Source of the DNA: Octopus sinensis
Taxonomy: Eukaryota
Assembly: GCF_006345805.1 (NCBI RefSeq)
Contig: NC_043010.1
Location: forward strand, 6,696,001 to 6,760,000
DNA: 64,000 nt
Reading direction: 5' to 3'
In this document: piece after piece, positions 36,621 through 51,479 of the stretch
Layout: every line of letters begins with the position of its first letter
Numbering within the stretch: position 1 is the first letter of the stretch
Program-made: the position numbers and the translations under genes
Notes under the pieces: generated by a model
Told to the model about the DNA's origin: nothing
The model's input: only the letters and a program-made list of their open reading frames with translations
The model's database searches: none

Positions 36621-39530
36621 AGAGAAGACTAAGACTAACTTAACATTTAAGCCTAGTACTGATCAACTACTAAGCCCTACCTATTTTTAGCTTGTGTCTA
36701 GCAACAGAGAAAATGTCTTGGGATATTTGGTCAGGCCTTCTTCATTCTGATTTGAATCATACTGAGGTAAACATTGTTTTTCATCTTTCTGGGATTGATA
36801 AATTGAGGTACTGGTTAAAATTCGGAACTGATTTTATTGACCATCTTTGTGTAAAACCTTAATAACAAGCCAAAGAGGAAGCCAATTTGTAAGGAAGAGG
36901 AGTAAAGTCTCTCTCATATCACTATCCACAGTCATGCCCCCCCCAAAACAAACAAACAAAAAAGAGTTTATATTGAATAAAGCATTCAAAATAGAATAAA
37001 GATGTACAATACAGAATAAAGCTATATGAAAAAGAGGGATGGTCATGAATGGAACAACTGTAATAAGATATTTGTTTGATCAGGGCTGAGCTAGGTGGAG
37101 GGTATATACAACAGAATTAAACTCAGCAAGTTTTATGCCTTAAAAAATCGATTGTAATCTTTGTAAAATTTCACTGTTTTATTGTCATTAATTAAGCAGT
37201 GTAATTAAAGTTCTACTCATATGTAAGTTAAAAATTTTAATTTATATTGTTTTTTTTTTGTTTTTTTTTGGCTTATTATTGAAAATACTTTGGATTAAGA
37301 GGGACAGAGATTACAGTCGTATTTATTTAGATGGGATTGCTTCAATGATTGCTAAATTTCCTTTCTAAAAATTTCCATTCTGTCACTATTTTGCAATTTT
37401 GGGTTCCGTTCCATTGCCCAGCAGCTCATCATGCAAGTGTCTTCTACCATGGCCCCTTATTGATTAATGCCTTGTGCTGGAATTTGGTAGATGAAAACTG
37501 TGTGGAAACCCATCACACACACACACAAACACACATACACACACACACATACACACGTGCGCGCATGTGTGTGTGTGTGGTTTTATGCTTGCATTTGTCA
37601 CCTCCTAGCAACCACTTGGCAACCAGTGTTTGTTTGCATCCCAATAACTTGACTGACACAATAAATACAGACTTAGAAAATATTAAATACTGCATACAAT
37701 TTATTCAACTAAATACTTCAAGACAATGCTCTAACATGGCTACAGTCCAGTGACTAAAACAAGTAAATAATAAAAAAAATCTCAAGCTCACAACAAACTA
37801 AATGCTCTGCTTGGTCATGAAATTGAACTCATGACTTTATAATCATGAACCAAATACCTGAACCACTAGATCACATGCTTTATACAGACATCTATATTGG
37901 ATACAAGAATGTCTTGGTAAAAAATGATAAGATTTTCATTCTATTTCACATAACAAGATGTGTCTGATGAATGAAATAAACCTATAAGAAATTACTCTGA
38001 TAACAGAAATATATTAAAGTCGAATTACAAGATAAACTATTTCACTTAATCGAAGCTCATTGTAATCATGCAGAAATGATTCAGGTCTATTTTAAAACCA
38101 TGAAGTATTGATTTCATAATCTTTATCCATCAAGTAGTAGTTGTACTTATTTAGAACAGGAATGAATTGAGAAGAAAGTCCAGGCTGACAAGAAAACCTC
38201 ACAGCAGTCGATCCATTTGCTAGAAATAGTAGCCAGGTCACCTTCTAGCAAAATTATTCTATCATAAAAAGGCATACATCGTATAATGTAGTCAAAGCTA
38301 TTTTTATTGTTTATCTTTTGCTTGTTTCAGTCACTGGACTTCAGCTGGAGAACTGTCCTGTAGGATCTGGTCAAGCAAATTGACCACAGTACTTATTTAA
38401 GCTTAGTAATTAGTCTATTGGTCTCTTTTGCCAAATTGCTAACACGGAGGGTATGAACAAACCAACACCAGCTGTCAGGTGGCTGGGTGAAGGATAAAAA
38501 CAAACTCCAAGATACACAAGCACACACACACACACACACACACAATGGGCTTCCACAAAGTTTCTGTCAATCAAATTCATTAACAAGATTTGGTGAATGT
38601 GGGGCTACATATAATAGAAGAGATGTGGTGCAGCGAGATTGAACCTGAAACCACATGACTGCAAAGTGAGCTTGTTAACCATACAGCCATGTCTATGCCT
38701 ACTCTTAAAAAGAATATAACAATGCAGTCATAACTGGAATACAGTCGCAGTTCATACTTGATCAGGGCTAATGTAGAATATAACACTGATATCCTTGACT
38801 GACCACCGTGCCAGTGGCATGTAAAAAGCACCATCCGATTGTGGCCGTTTGCTAGCCTCGCCTGGCACCTGTGCTGGTGGCACGTAAAAAGCACCAACTG
38901 ATCATGGCCATTGCCAGCCTCGCCTGGCACCTGTGCTGGTGGCACGTAAAAAGTGCCCACTACGCTCACAGAGTGGTTGGTGTTAGGAAGGGCATCCAGC
39001 TGTAGAAACACTGCCAGAACAGACTGGAGCCTGGTGCAGCCTTCTGGCTTCCCAGACCCCTGTCGAACCGTCCAACCCATGCTAGCATGGAAAACGGACG
39101 TTAAACGATGATGATGATGATGAGGAGGAGGAGGAGGAGGAGGATGATGATTCTGTCCAGTAGTTCTGTGTTGCAACAAGTCTGCATGAACAAAGAAACA
39201 AAGAAGGACATCATCCCATTATGCTAATCTTCCCACAGATGACTCTAAACTGAAATCTTAAAAAAAAAGGTTCTTGTTATATACAATGACATTGTGGTCA
39301 TGGCTAGAGGAACTTTTCACCATAGCTCTTACTTGATTAGGGCTGAAAGATTTGGGGCTAAAAAATAACAACAACAACTAGGACATTTACATATTTTGAT
39401 GAAACAAACATCTGCCTTTTTTTCTGTTTTATTGCTGTTTGAGAAATATTTCTATCTTCGAACATAACAATCGATTTCCATTTCCTTGAATGGTTTTAAA
39501 GCCTTCTAACAGGAGCAGAATAAAATACAT

Positions 39531-39950
39531 AGATGTAGGAGTGGCTGTGTGGTAAGTAGCTTGCTTATGAACCACATGGTTCCGGGTTCAGTCCCACTGC
39601 ATGGCACCTTGGGCAAGTGTCTTCTACTATAGCCTTGGGTCAACCAAAGCCTTGTGAGTGGATTTGGTAGACAGAAACTGAAAGAAGCCCATCGTATATA
39701 TGTATATATATATACATATGTATGTGTATGTATATGTTTGTGTATCTGTGTTTGTCCCCCAACATCGTTTGACAACCGATGCTGGTGTGCTTATGTCCCC
39801 GTAACTTAGCGGTTCAGCAAAAGAGACCGAGAGAATAAGTACTAGGCTTACAAAGAATAAGTCCTGAGGTCGATTTGCTCAACTAAAGGCGGTGCTCCAG
39901 CATGGCCACAATCAAATGATTGAAACAAGTAAAAGAGTAAAAGAGTAAAA
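39531..39950 (+). mobile_element. Family-1 SINE
   Basis: Full head, internal microsatellite and 3' half with (taaaagag)n tail. Confidence 0.9.
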
Positions 39951-41625
39951 GAATATATCACTATTCACTATGTCTGGAGTGTCTTTTGATCATAGCTCTT
40001 ACTTCATTAGGGCAGATTGACTTGGGGTGGGGGCTAAACAACAAGAATAACTACAACAAGAATAACTAGGACATTTACATATTTGGATGAAACAAACATC
40101 TGCTTCTTTTTCTGTTTGATTACTGTTTGAGAAAGATTTCCATATTCAAACTAAATTCTTCCTTGATTATTTTATCTGCAATTTGTACTACCTTTACATG
40201 ATGGTAAAGGAACTGGATAATATGATGAAATTAAGTTCGTAATTGATTGGGAAATAATATTTCAGTGAACAAAATCATCATCATTGTCATCCTCACCATC
40301 ATCATCAACGTTTCTATCAATGATGCCACCACCATTATTCAGCTTCACCACATTTTTGGTCGCATTCTTCCCAATATTTCATCAATTTAATACCTGGGTT
40401 TTTTTTGTTTTCTTTTTCTGTATTTTTCTTATTTTTTATTCTACTGGCATGGGTTGGATAGGTCTTCATATTGGCATATTGCCATTGCTTCTAATCCTGC
40501 ATAATTTTGTCTGTGAGACTCCAACATCTGGGAAACCAGACTTCAGCAATTTTCTTTGTGTTCCTTGGTCATATGGTGGATATTGCTTATTATGTAGGCT
40601 AAATGTCTACATAATAGTATACAGAAAAATATCTGAACAAATGATATAAATATATGTGTGTGTGTGTGGATTTAGTGAAGCTTGGCATTGCAGATTTCTC
40701 AAACAGAGACAGAGGAAGAGTTGGAGAATAAGTCTACAGAAAGAGATAATCATTGATTAATGGAATAAAATCCGGAAATCAAGGTGAATTTTCTTATTGT
40801 TTCTCCAGAATTACATAAGTGTGTATATCTATATTGTCTATATATATATATGAAAGTATGTGTATATGTGTGTGTGAGTATATAAAAGTGTGTATGTATG
40901 TATTCTGAAAGTCGATCAACGTTTATCAATGTTTATGTGTATATATGCTTGCATGCACACTGATATGCCTGTGCTGTATAAATACATATATCATCAATGA
41001 TATTATTGACACAGGAATACATACACATTCCTACACATATACACACTGCTGGACCCAGATACATACACAAACACAACCCGATTCATATAATATAGCATTT
41101 TATTAAAATCGTTTCAATTAATGTTATCTGTATATCATTTTATATTTTCGCAAACTTCCAAGTATCTGAGAGTGCATTTTCTGACTTCATTCCAAAGATT
41201 ATTGCTGATTAGAATTCTATTACTGATAATGTCAGGAACAATCAAAAGCAGCAGGACTCTTCAGTTGATTACTGCAGTCTAATATTGGCAATGGCTCCAA
41301 CAGATCCATAATCTACAATGCACATTGATGATTGTGACAGTGAGTTTGTTCAAACAATTGCTACTGGTAGTTGTGGTAGTAGTGGTGGTATTGGTAATGG
41401 TGATAATGATGGTGATGGTAGAGTTGATGGTGATGGTGGAGTGGATAGTGGAGATGGTGACGGTGATGGCAAAGATGATGTCAGTGACAACATTAGCATT
41501 CAGACAATATAAGATTAAATTACAATAGAATAAGGTAGGGAATGTATATGGCAAATACAAACATTTGGAAGAGTTTCAATAGATATATAAAAATATATAA
41601 ATCAATAAAGATTATTACCAAAGAT

Positions 41626-41663
<38 letters not shown>

Positions 41664-42402
41664 GATAAATTAATTAATAGGAAAAATATTTTTGAAAGAT
41701 ATCTTGTCTTTTTCTATTTCTTTGTTTTCAATTTTTTGCCATGTCCTAAGAAACTTGGCCAGATTAAAAACAAAAATGTTTTTTTTTTAAAGATAAACTA
41801 TAAAAACAAAATATTATGAAGAGAGTGAAAATTCAGAGTTAATCAGTCTGCCACAGCAGTTATGATAGGAAGTTAATGGCAACGAAGCTAGATTAAAGCA
41901 AAACTAAATGAACCACGCATGGCTTCATGTTGTGGAAAGGTCAGCACAGGAGGATGCGAGATAATATGATACAACAGCCATAACTAGTCTACCTTGAAGC
42001 AATGGTCAAACTCATCAGCTGCATTTATACATTGCACTGTTGTTGATGTTCTGGTTGTATTTGTTCTCATTTGAAGTTAGTGCAGCTATATGTCAAGATG
42101 GATTAACTTAGAAGCATAACAATGGATTCCCATTTTCTTGGATGGTTGTAAACCTTTCTGTTAGGAGCAGAATAAAATACTTTATAATATATCACTCTTA
42201 CAAGTTGTACATCTAAACAAGCTATAGCTCTTATATCTGTCTTTCCCTCCTCTGTCCATACAGCTATTTATCTCTCTGTCCCTGTGTACATACATATATA
42301 TATATGCATATACATATACACACACACACATATATATATATATTATACATACACACACAAACACATGCACACATACACACACACACACACATACACACAT
42401 AC

Positions 42403-42461
<59 letters not shown>

Positions 42462-43009
42462 ATACATTTATATTATTTTATACTCATTTATAAAAAATAT
42501 ATATATATATATATATACACATACACACACACACATATATATATACATATATACACACGCACATATATGTATAGATACACACACAAACACATGCACACAT
42601 ACACACATACACACACACTAACACACACTAATACACACACACACATAGTGATCTACCTACTGGTGTATTTATGTATTTATCTTGCTTCTCAGTCACTCTC
42701 CACCTAATTCTCTCTTTCTTGCTATTATTTCTTTCTATATGTTTCTATATTTACCTATTTTCTCTTTCTCTTTCTCCGTCCACCTGTATGTCCCATTCTC
42801 GGTTCTTCCCCCACCCCCGCCTTCCTCTGCCTTACCTTTCACCCTTCCACTCTTTCTTCTGTCCTTTTTCTAAATACATTAATCTCTTTCTCTCTTTCTT
42901 TTCCTCACATTCTCTCTCTGACCATCCATTCCCTGTCATGCTGTCTTCATCATACACTTTCTATTATTCTCTCTCAGTCTTTACAATACACATACACACT
43001 CACACACTT

Positions 43010-43059
<50 letters not shown>

Positions 43060-43395
43060 ACACTTACATATATACATACACACACACAGTCACACACTTA
43101 CATATATACATACACACACACACTCACACACTTACATATATACATACATACACACATTCACACACTTACATATATACATACACACAAACACTCACACACT
43201 TACATATATACATACACATACATACTCACACACTTACATATATACACACACACACTCACACACTTACATATATACATACACATACACACTCACACACTTA
43301 CATATATACATACACACACACACTCACACACTTACATATATACATACACACACACACTCACACACTTACATATATACATACACACACACTCACAT
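43010..43395. repeat. ~32-bp minisatellite (cacacttacatatatacatacacacacacact)n built from a CA/TA microsatellite
   Basis: About 11 units; explains the His/Thr/Tyr-rich 256-aa ORF. Confidence 0.9.
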
Positions 43396-43898
43396 GTCTT
43401 GTGATATATACATAAATACATATATATATAATAAGACATAGTTTATCCATTAATCTTTCCCTCCATTCATCCATCTCTCTATCTCCATTTCCTTAACACA
43501 GTTACATGAATGGATGTCTGGAAAATAATGATCTTATTCTGTCTGTTGTTTGCTTCTCAGTGCACTAAAAAGATATCATCAGCTATATTTAGCAGGCTAT
43601 CAGTCATAACAAATATTCTATCAAATATATATATATATGTGTTTGTGTGTGTAAATGTGTATGTATGTATGTATTTATGTATACTTGCTTGTGTTTGTGC
43701 TTGTGTGTGTATGTGCCAGGCACATACACACACGCCAGCTCAACATGTGATTAACTAACACTACCAGCACAGTACATGATGGATTTAACTAATATAAACA
43801 CCGATATCCCTGCTGATTTTGGCTCTGTACAAATTTACAAAAATATTTACATTACATGATAAATAATTCCCTTGGACAGCAAAAACTTAAGTTAGTAA

Positions 43899-44426
43899 AA
43901 ATAAAAACACAACAACAAAAACAAAGAAAAACAAGCATTAAGCAAGTCACAAGTTACTATTTGTTTTGTTTTGTTTGTCGTCTTTTTTTCTTTTTACTTT
44001 CTTTGTGATGAAATATAGAGTTTTTGCTATAACTAATAATCTACAGGCATATTTAGATGAATTTTGCACTATTTTACATGAAAATCATTCTTTTATTATC
44101 CATTTTATTTCCTGAAAGATAGGTTAGGCAAAAATAAAAGAAAAGTAACAAAAAGTAAAATAAAAACACAACAACAAAAACAAAGAAAAACAAGCATTAA
44201 GCAAGTCACAAGTTACTATTTGTTTTGTTTTGTTTGTCGTCTTTTTTTCTTTTTACTTTCTTTGTGATGAAATATAGAGTTTTTGCTATAACTAATAATC
44301 TACAGGCATATTTAGATGAATTTTGCACTATTTTACATGAAAATCATTCTTTTATTATCCATTTTATTTCCTGAAAGATAGGTTAGGCAAAAATAAAAGA
44401 AAAGTAACAAAAAGTAAAATAAAAAC
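43899..44426. repeat. Perfect 259-bp tandem duplication of unique AT-rich sequence
   Basis: Marker taaaaaca at 43902, 44161 and 44420; I found no differences between units. Confidence 0.9.
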
Positions 44427-44489
44427 AAATGGACACAATAAAAGAGCCAGTATAGTAAATATACATATAGAAATGTGTGTTTGTGACAC

Positions 44490-44522
<33 letters not shown>

Positions 44523-44552
44523 TTATTTATATATATACACTCCCCATAAACC

Positions 44553-44583
<31 letters not shown>

Positions 44584-44641
44584 GATACATATATATTTAC
44601 ATATACATATTATATATATATATATCTATAATTATGTATAT

Positions 44642-44694
<53 letters not shown>

Positions 44695-45558
44695 TGCACA
44701 CACATATGTATAATATATACACATATATATACACATACAGATATGTATACAGACACCCGCACATATTTATCTCTAAACATATACATATGTATTTATATTT
44801 ATATATATGTAAACATGTATATATATTTACACATATATGTATATACATTCATGTATATATATTTACACATATATGTATATACATACATATACATATATAT
44901 ATACATATATATATATACATACATACATATATATATATACATATATATATATACATACATACATATATATATATACATACATATATATATATGTATATAT
45001 ATATGTATGTATGTATATATACATACACATATACACACATTTATATATGAAACTCACATAGACACATGCACATACATACATGCACACACACACACACATA
45101 CACACACACACACACTTAATATATAGACAGAAACAACTGTTACTTACCAAATAAAAAAAAGGACTGTTAGATTCTCTGTCTGGTGTGTATCCGTCTCTAG
45201 AGTCGAATGGTTACTGCTGATGTTATGTTATGGAAGCAGCTTGGACAGTATTGTGGTGTGAACATGAAAAAGTGATCTGCCAACCCATTTAGTATGATGT
45301 GTATGTAATAACTACTGTAGCCACCAGTAAACTCTGGTTTTTAGTACTTAAGAAGATTAAGCTACAAGTTGGATCAGTTAAAATCCTATAAATACATATT
45401 TGCTTTTGAAAACCCATGCATTGTCTTACAATTTTCTTCCCTTTGTTTTATCTGAGTACTTTCAATGTAACATTATTGTCTGTTTGAAATAGGGAACAGG
45501 TGGTTGTCATTAATAAACTATTTTATAGATCATTTTTAAATGTATATTTCTGTTATTA

Positions 45559-45595
<37 letters not shown>

Positions 45596-45734
45596 CCATA
45601 TTTCTCTCACATCAGCTGCTTTCTCTCTCTCTCTCCCTCCCTCTCTGTCTGTCTGTCTGTCTGTCTTTCTGTCTGACTGACTATGTTTCTCTCTTTATCA
45701 TCCTTTCTCTCACTCTCTCTCTATCTTTCACTAC

Positions 45735-45765
<31 letters not shown>

Positions 45766-45814
45766 ATACATGTATGTATGTATGTATGTATGTATGTATG
45801 TATGTATGTATGTA

Positions 45815-45859
<45 letters not shown>

Positions 45860-47404
45860 TATATATATATATATATCTGTCAATACTTATTTAGTCTCTG
45901 CTTTTTCTTTATCTTGCTCCTTATCTTTCCTTTCTCTTTTACATCACCATCATTGTCATCATCATCATCGTTAGCATCACCATCAACAACAACAACAACA
46001 ACAACAACAATAACAACAGAGTGGTTGATTGTCAGAATTGATAGGCCATGAGAAAAGAATCTCTTGTAGAATTGTTCCTGGTTCTTCATCTTCTGAGTTC
46101 AAATCCTGCCAAGATCAACTTTACTTTTCATCACCATGGGTACAGTAAAATAAATTACCAGTTTATTACAATGGCACCAATGATTGTCAACTAATCTCAT
46201 CCACTTAAAATTGCTGGCCTTGTGCCTAAATTAAAGGCCATCATCATAATCGTTGTTGTCAATGTTGTTGTACTTGTGGTAGAGTTGTTGTTGTAGTTGT
46301 TGTCGTCGTCGTCGTTTTCGTTGTTGTTGTTATTATTATTATCATTATTATTATTATACAAAGTCATATTAAAATTTCTGGAATGTTAAAATTTAATTTT
46401 AATTTAATCAGTGTTCTCTCGAAAATTCTTAACTGTTACTTTCTTACATATTTATGACTGAAAATATTTCATTATTAACATTATTGAAAAATAATGTTAA
46501 GACTTATTATTGAACAACCAAATGCAGAATTTTCAAATGACTTTCTTCTTGTGAATTACACAATATTTTTTTTTTTAGAAAAATTATTATGTTGAGAACG
46601 ATATATTTTATTTGAAAGTATTTCTTCAGAATTCAAAGAAAGAGGGTATGTTTTGAATTACTTTTCCAAATATTTTTCCTCTGCTCTTGCAATACACTGA
46701 ATTTAAAGTAAAAGATTGGTTAACTTAAAGTAATCTTTCATGTAAACATGAGATGTATTTTGAATACGTTGCTGCTTTTTGTTTGTAATCAGGAAGTATT
46801 TAAAATATTCAAAAGAGAACATGGAATAAAATCTATTTATTTGATGAATATATTTTAAAATCTGAATAGTATATATTGATTTCAGATTATATAGACTATA
46901 AGTCTGATTTTGTGCATTTTAAATGTCTATAGAGTCTTTCTCAAGCAACTTTCTATATCATTTGAATTTTAGCTTATCAATGAATTGCATATGGCAAATA
47001 GTTTAGTCTTAATTTGACTTTTTAAATATATTTTAATTAGCCGAATTCCTTCTGTTTTTTTGGTTTTTTTAGCATTACTCATTGCTAAATTGTTTTCACT
47101 GGATCCTCAAAAACATTAATGCATTTGTTAAAAAAAATTTTTATCTGGATCATTTTCTAAAATTATTATTATTCTAAAATTTTAAAAATTATTATTATTG
47201 TGAATAGCATTCACATGGATTGAATTTGATAGATCATTACTAAAGTAGCTTCAAAGAGATGGTGTCCTTAAAATATTCCAAAATTTGAATTTAACCCTTA
47301 CCATAGATGAAATTTTTGCCAGTCATGTGATATGCTAATCACATGCAAATCAGTTCCAGCAACCTCTTTGTATTGGCCAGTAAAAATAAAATGTGTGTAC
47401 TACA

Positions 47405-47810
47405 TAGGTGCAGGAGTGGCTGTGTGGTAAGTAGCTTGCTTACCAACCACATGGTTCCAGGTTCAGTCCCACTGCGTGGCATCTTGGGCAAGTGTCTTCT
47501 GCTATAGCCCCGGGCTGACCAATGCCTTGTGAGTGGATTTGGTAGACGGAAACTGAAAGAAGCGTGTCGTATATATGTATATATTTATATATATGTATAT
47601 GTGTGTGTTTGTGTGTCTGTGTTTGTCCCCCTAGCATTGCTTGACAACTGATGCTGGTGTGTTTACGTCCCCGTCACTTAGCAGTTCGGCAAAAGAGACC
47701 GATAGAATAAGTACTGGGCTTACAAAGAATAAGTCCCGGGATCGATTTGCTCGACTAAAGGCAGTGCTCCAGCATGGCCGCAGTCAAATGACTGAAACAA
47801 GTAAAAGAAG
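47405..47810 (+). mobile_element. Family-1 SINE; decayed or half copies also at 24760-24880 (-), 37380-37770, 38315-38575 (-), 48410-48670, 49400-49570, 50030-50165, 52225-52378
   Basis: Alignable head and/or 3' half. Confidence 0.85.
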
Positions 47811-48577
47811 GAATGAAAACAACATATGAAATGTGGAGAACTCAGAAAAGTGCCCCACAATCAAAACAAATAAACTGACACTCCTGTGTCTCAAGTGCAC
47901 ATGTATATCTGATTCCCATGCAGTAAATATTAATATATAGTTGGTTATTTCACAGAGATATTAGGATTAAGAGCAGTTATTTAAAGCTGAAAAAATTATA
48001 ATTTCACTGCAATAAATAAATAATTAAATAATAATGCCCAATTACTTACTTCGAAATGCTTAAATGATAAGTAGTTTTAAAAAAGATGTGATTGCTATAA
48101 AGTAAGACTCTATATAAAATTTTCTTAATGTATAAATTGAATTATGTAATTTAGCCATAACAGAACATTTGCAGAATTCTTTGATTGTGGTCAATGTTCC
48201 ATATATTAACAACAGACAATTCTATTAATGCTCACTTTAGCATAACCAAAGATCCTATATGGTTTTATGCCTTAAATTCTAGATTTCTAAATTAAAATTG
48301 CTATGACATCATGCTTATTCCATGATCAAGTCTGTATTTAAGGAAATTGCTTTTTAAATATTCAAGATGATAATTATTTTTTTTTTTTTTTTTTGCATAA
48401 AATATACCATTGCAGCTATGGTTAAGTGGTTAAGAAGCTTACTTTGCAGCCACATCATTTTGATTTCAATCCTACAGCACAGCACCTTGAGCAAGTGCTT
48501 TTTATTATAGCTACAGACCTTGTAAGTGAGTTTGACTAACAGAACCTCCATGGAAGCATATTGTGTGTGTGCACACA

Positions 48578-48610
<33 letters not shown>

Positions 48611-48672
48611 TGGCGCACCAAGGTAATACTCCAGCATGACTGCAGTCAAAAATGATTGAAACAAGTAAACAA

Positions 48673-48711
<39 letters not shown>

Positions 48712-48727
48712 CACTCATATGTATGCT

Positions 48728-48762
<35 letters not shown>

Positions 48763-48983
48763 ATATAGTTTAAAGATTCAATACAAGTAATATCAACAAA
48801 AAAGTACTCTATCCAGTGAGAGATAAATATCCATTTAAATACACAATCGAAAGAGCTAATATTTATAAAATACACCATGTATCTTAAAGCAATCTTTCAG
48901 GCCTGTTCAAGTATCATAGTAACATGAAACTAATTTAGTAGCTCTTATGGTTGTGTATTTAAATTGTGTTGGTCTATTTGAAG

Positions 48984-49018
<35 letters not shown>

Positions 49019-49112
49019 TGAAAAAGGACAACAAAACAAAGGCAGGATAATTATCTCGGGTCATTTAGAGTGTGTAATTAGAACATTATATATATATATA
49101 TATATGTATATA

Positions 49113-49265
49113 TAAATGTAATATGTGACAATTATTCGGTAGCCATGATAAAACTCCGAGTTTCATGGCTACTGAATAATTGTCACATACTACATTTAAA
49201 GATGAATTCCTCTATTTACATAATATCGAGGTCTCTTTCATTCTTTTGTTGTCGTACCATTTTTA
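49113..49265. mobile_element. Fold-back element copy 1 (Penelope-like terminus) in (TA)n
   Basis: 36-bp inverted arms 49113-49148 and 49163-49198; loop contains ACTCCGAGT; downstream ~70 bp shared with copy 2. Confidence 0.65.
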
Positions 49266-49266
49266 T

Positions 49267-49304
<38 letters not shown>

Positions 49305-49849
49305 GAATTAAAGGTAACACTATGCTACTTTGTAATAATCCTTATTATTATTATTGATACACACACACATTTGTATGCATGTATATGTATGTATGTAGGG
49401 TGACAAATGGTGTTAGTTTGGTTATGTTCCCATAATTAAGTAGCTTGGCAAAAGTGATTGAATAAGTATTGAATAAGAATCACTTTTAAATAAGTACTGG
49501 GTCAATTTGTTTAACTTAACCCTTCAAGGTGATCCCTGAGGATGGCCACAGTCCAGTGACTGAAACAAATGATAAAAATCAAATTTAAACGGCCCTAATT
49601 TTAAGCACTGTCAAGTCGATGGTTTTAGTAGCCTTTTTTTTATGGTAGAGGAAAGTGGACCTTTAAAATCTTACAAGTCAAGTCTATGATTTGCCTTTGA
49701 TCTTCATTTGAAATGACTACAATTCTCTTTGAACTTGTGAAGGTTTGAATAGAAATTTCTTTGATGTTTGTACTTTTCTTCGTTTTTGTCCTGTTCAAGT
49801 CATAATTTTCATTCTGTGTTTAAGACAAGACATCCTATGAAGATATATA

Positions 49850-50030
49850 TATCTGTAAAATAATATGTGAGAATTATTCGGTAGCCAAGATAAAACTCTG
49901 AGTTTCGGATGCCGAGGTATTTTATCTTGGCTACCGAATAATTGTCACATGTTATTTTACAGATAAATTTCCTCTATTTACATAATATTGAGGTCTCTTT
50001 CTTTTTTTTTTGTTATCTTACCATTTTTAC
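49850..50030. mobile_element. Fold-back element copy 2 (same family)
   Basis: 45-bp inverted arms 49850-49894 and 49921-49965; loop actctgagtttcggatgccgaggtat. Confidence 0.65.
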
Positions 50031-50164
50031 CCGGCAAAAAGAGACCGATAGAATAAATACTGGGCTTACAAAAGAATAAATCCTGGGGTCGAGTTGCTTG
50101 ATTAAAGGCGGTGCTCCAGCATGGCCACAGTCAAATGACTGAAACAAGTAAAAGAGTAAAAGAG

Positions 50165-50198
<34 letters not shown>

Positions 50199-50836
50199 TA
50201 TATATAACAGAATAAAGACAAATCGAAATGTTAATTTAATATATATATATATGCATATGCATTCAAGTGAGTAAACAAACGAAAGAAAATTATCATTTAA
50301 AACAGTTGATTGCCCTCTTGCAACTTAAAGGTACTGGCATCAAACCTATGGAACTTGAAGTTTGCACAGGGCCATATTGAACTGTTCTAAATGCTCATAA
50401 AACATGTGTTAAATGCATTTAAACTATTAGTTACAAATTTTGGCACAATGCCAGCAATTTTGAGGGAGTGGTCTAATCAATTACATCGACCCCCAGTGCC
50501 CAACTGGTTATTATATAAACTCCCAAAGAATTTAAAGACTAAGTTGACATTCACATAATTTGAACTCAGAAATTAATGATGGACAAAATGCTGCTAAGCA
50601 TATTGCCTGGTACGCTAATGGTTATGCCAGTTTGCCACCTCTTTTAAAAATTGGCCAGCAAGCTACTACAGAAGGGGGAACCCTATATCTCTCCATTTCT
50701 GGCTGTGTGCTCTGTATCATGAAGCTAAACAACTCCTGACAAATGCATTTAAAATATCAAGATTTGTTTTGTCTTTATCCTGTGTTATACAACTCACTTC
50801 TTTAGCAATATAGTCTGTCCTTGCTTTGCTAATATT

Positions 50837-51043
50837 TATTTCTTTATTTCCCACAGGGGGATAAAAATAGAGGGGATAAACAAGGACAGACAAAGGGATT
50901 AAGTCGATTACATCGACCCCAGTGCGTAACTGGTACTTATTTAATTGACCCTGAAAGGATGAAAGGCAAAGTCAACTTGGCAGAATTTGAACTCAGAGCA
51001 TAATGGCAGACGAAATACTGCAAAGCATTCTGCTAGCTCACTG
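50837..51043 (-). mobile_element. Family-2 SINE variant with a distinct 3' tail and 18-bp TSD
   Basis: TSD ccttgctttgctaatatt at 50819-50836 and 51044-51061. Confidence 0.85.
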
Positions 51044-51479
51044 CCTTGCTTTGCTAATATTGTTAGTACAACTAGGATATATGATTGGAATGTTCAACAG
51101 GCTCAAAGTCACAAGTTCTGGTAAAGTGTATTACATCAAAGCATATCCTTCAATAGATATATGTATATTGTTTACAATTGTAATTAGTATTGTTATTATC
51201 TAAAACAATTTAATTTGGGCCCATGCAACTTGTAGTTTCATAAGCTTGATACAGGAACCTGTCAGTTGCAAGGAACCAAATCAAACTGTTTTAAATAATA
51301 TGTAACTCTTATAAATGTGTTGAGTGCCTCTTTCTTTTGTTTGTCCACTTACACATATTCTACCTTCTCTATTACAGATATATATACATAGAGAGAGAGC
51401 ATTAATAAAATAGGAGATACAGGTAATCGAAACTGTGCCAGTGCTTTACTCATCATTTGGATTTGGTTATATATATATA

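Noticed and set aside
42671-43441. 256-aa ORF
   Set aside because: Translation of CT-rich sequence and a CA/TA minisatellite; low complexity.
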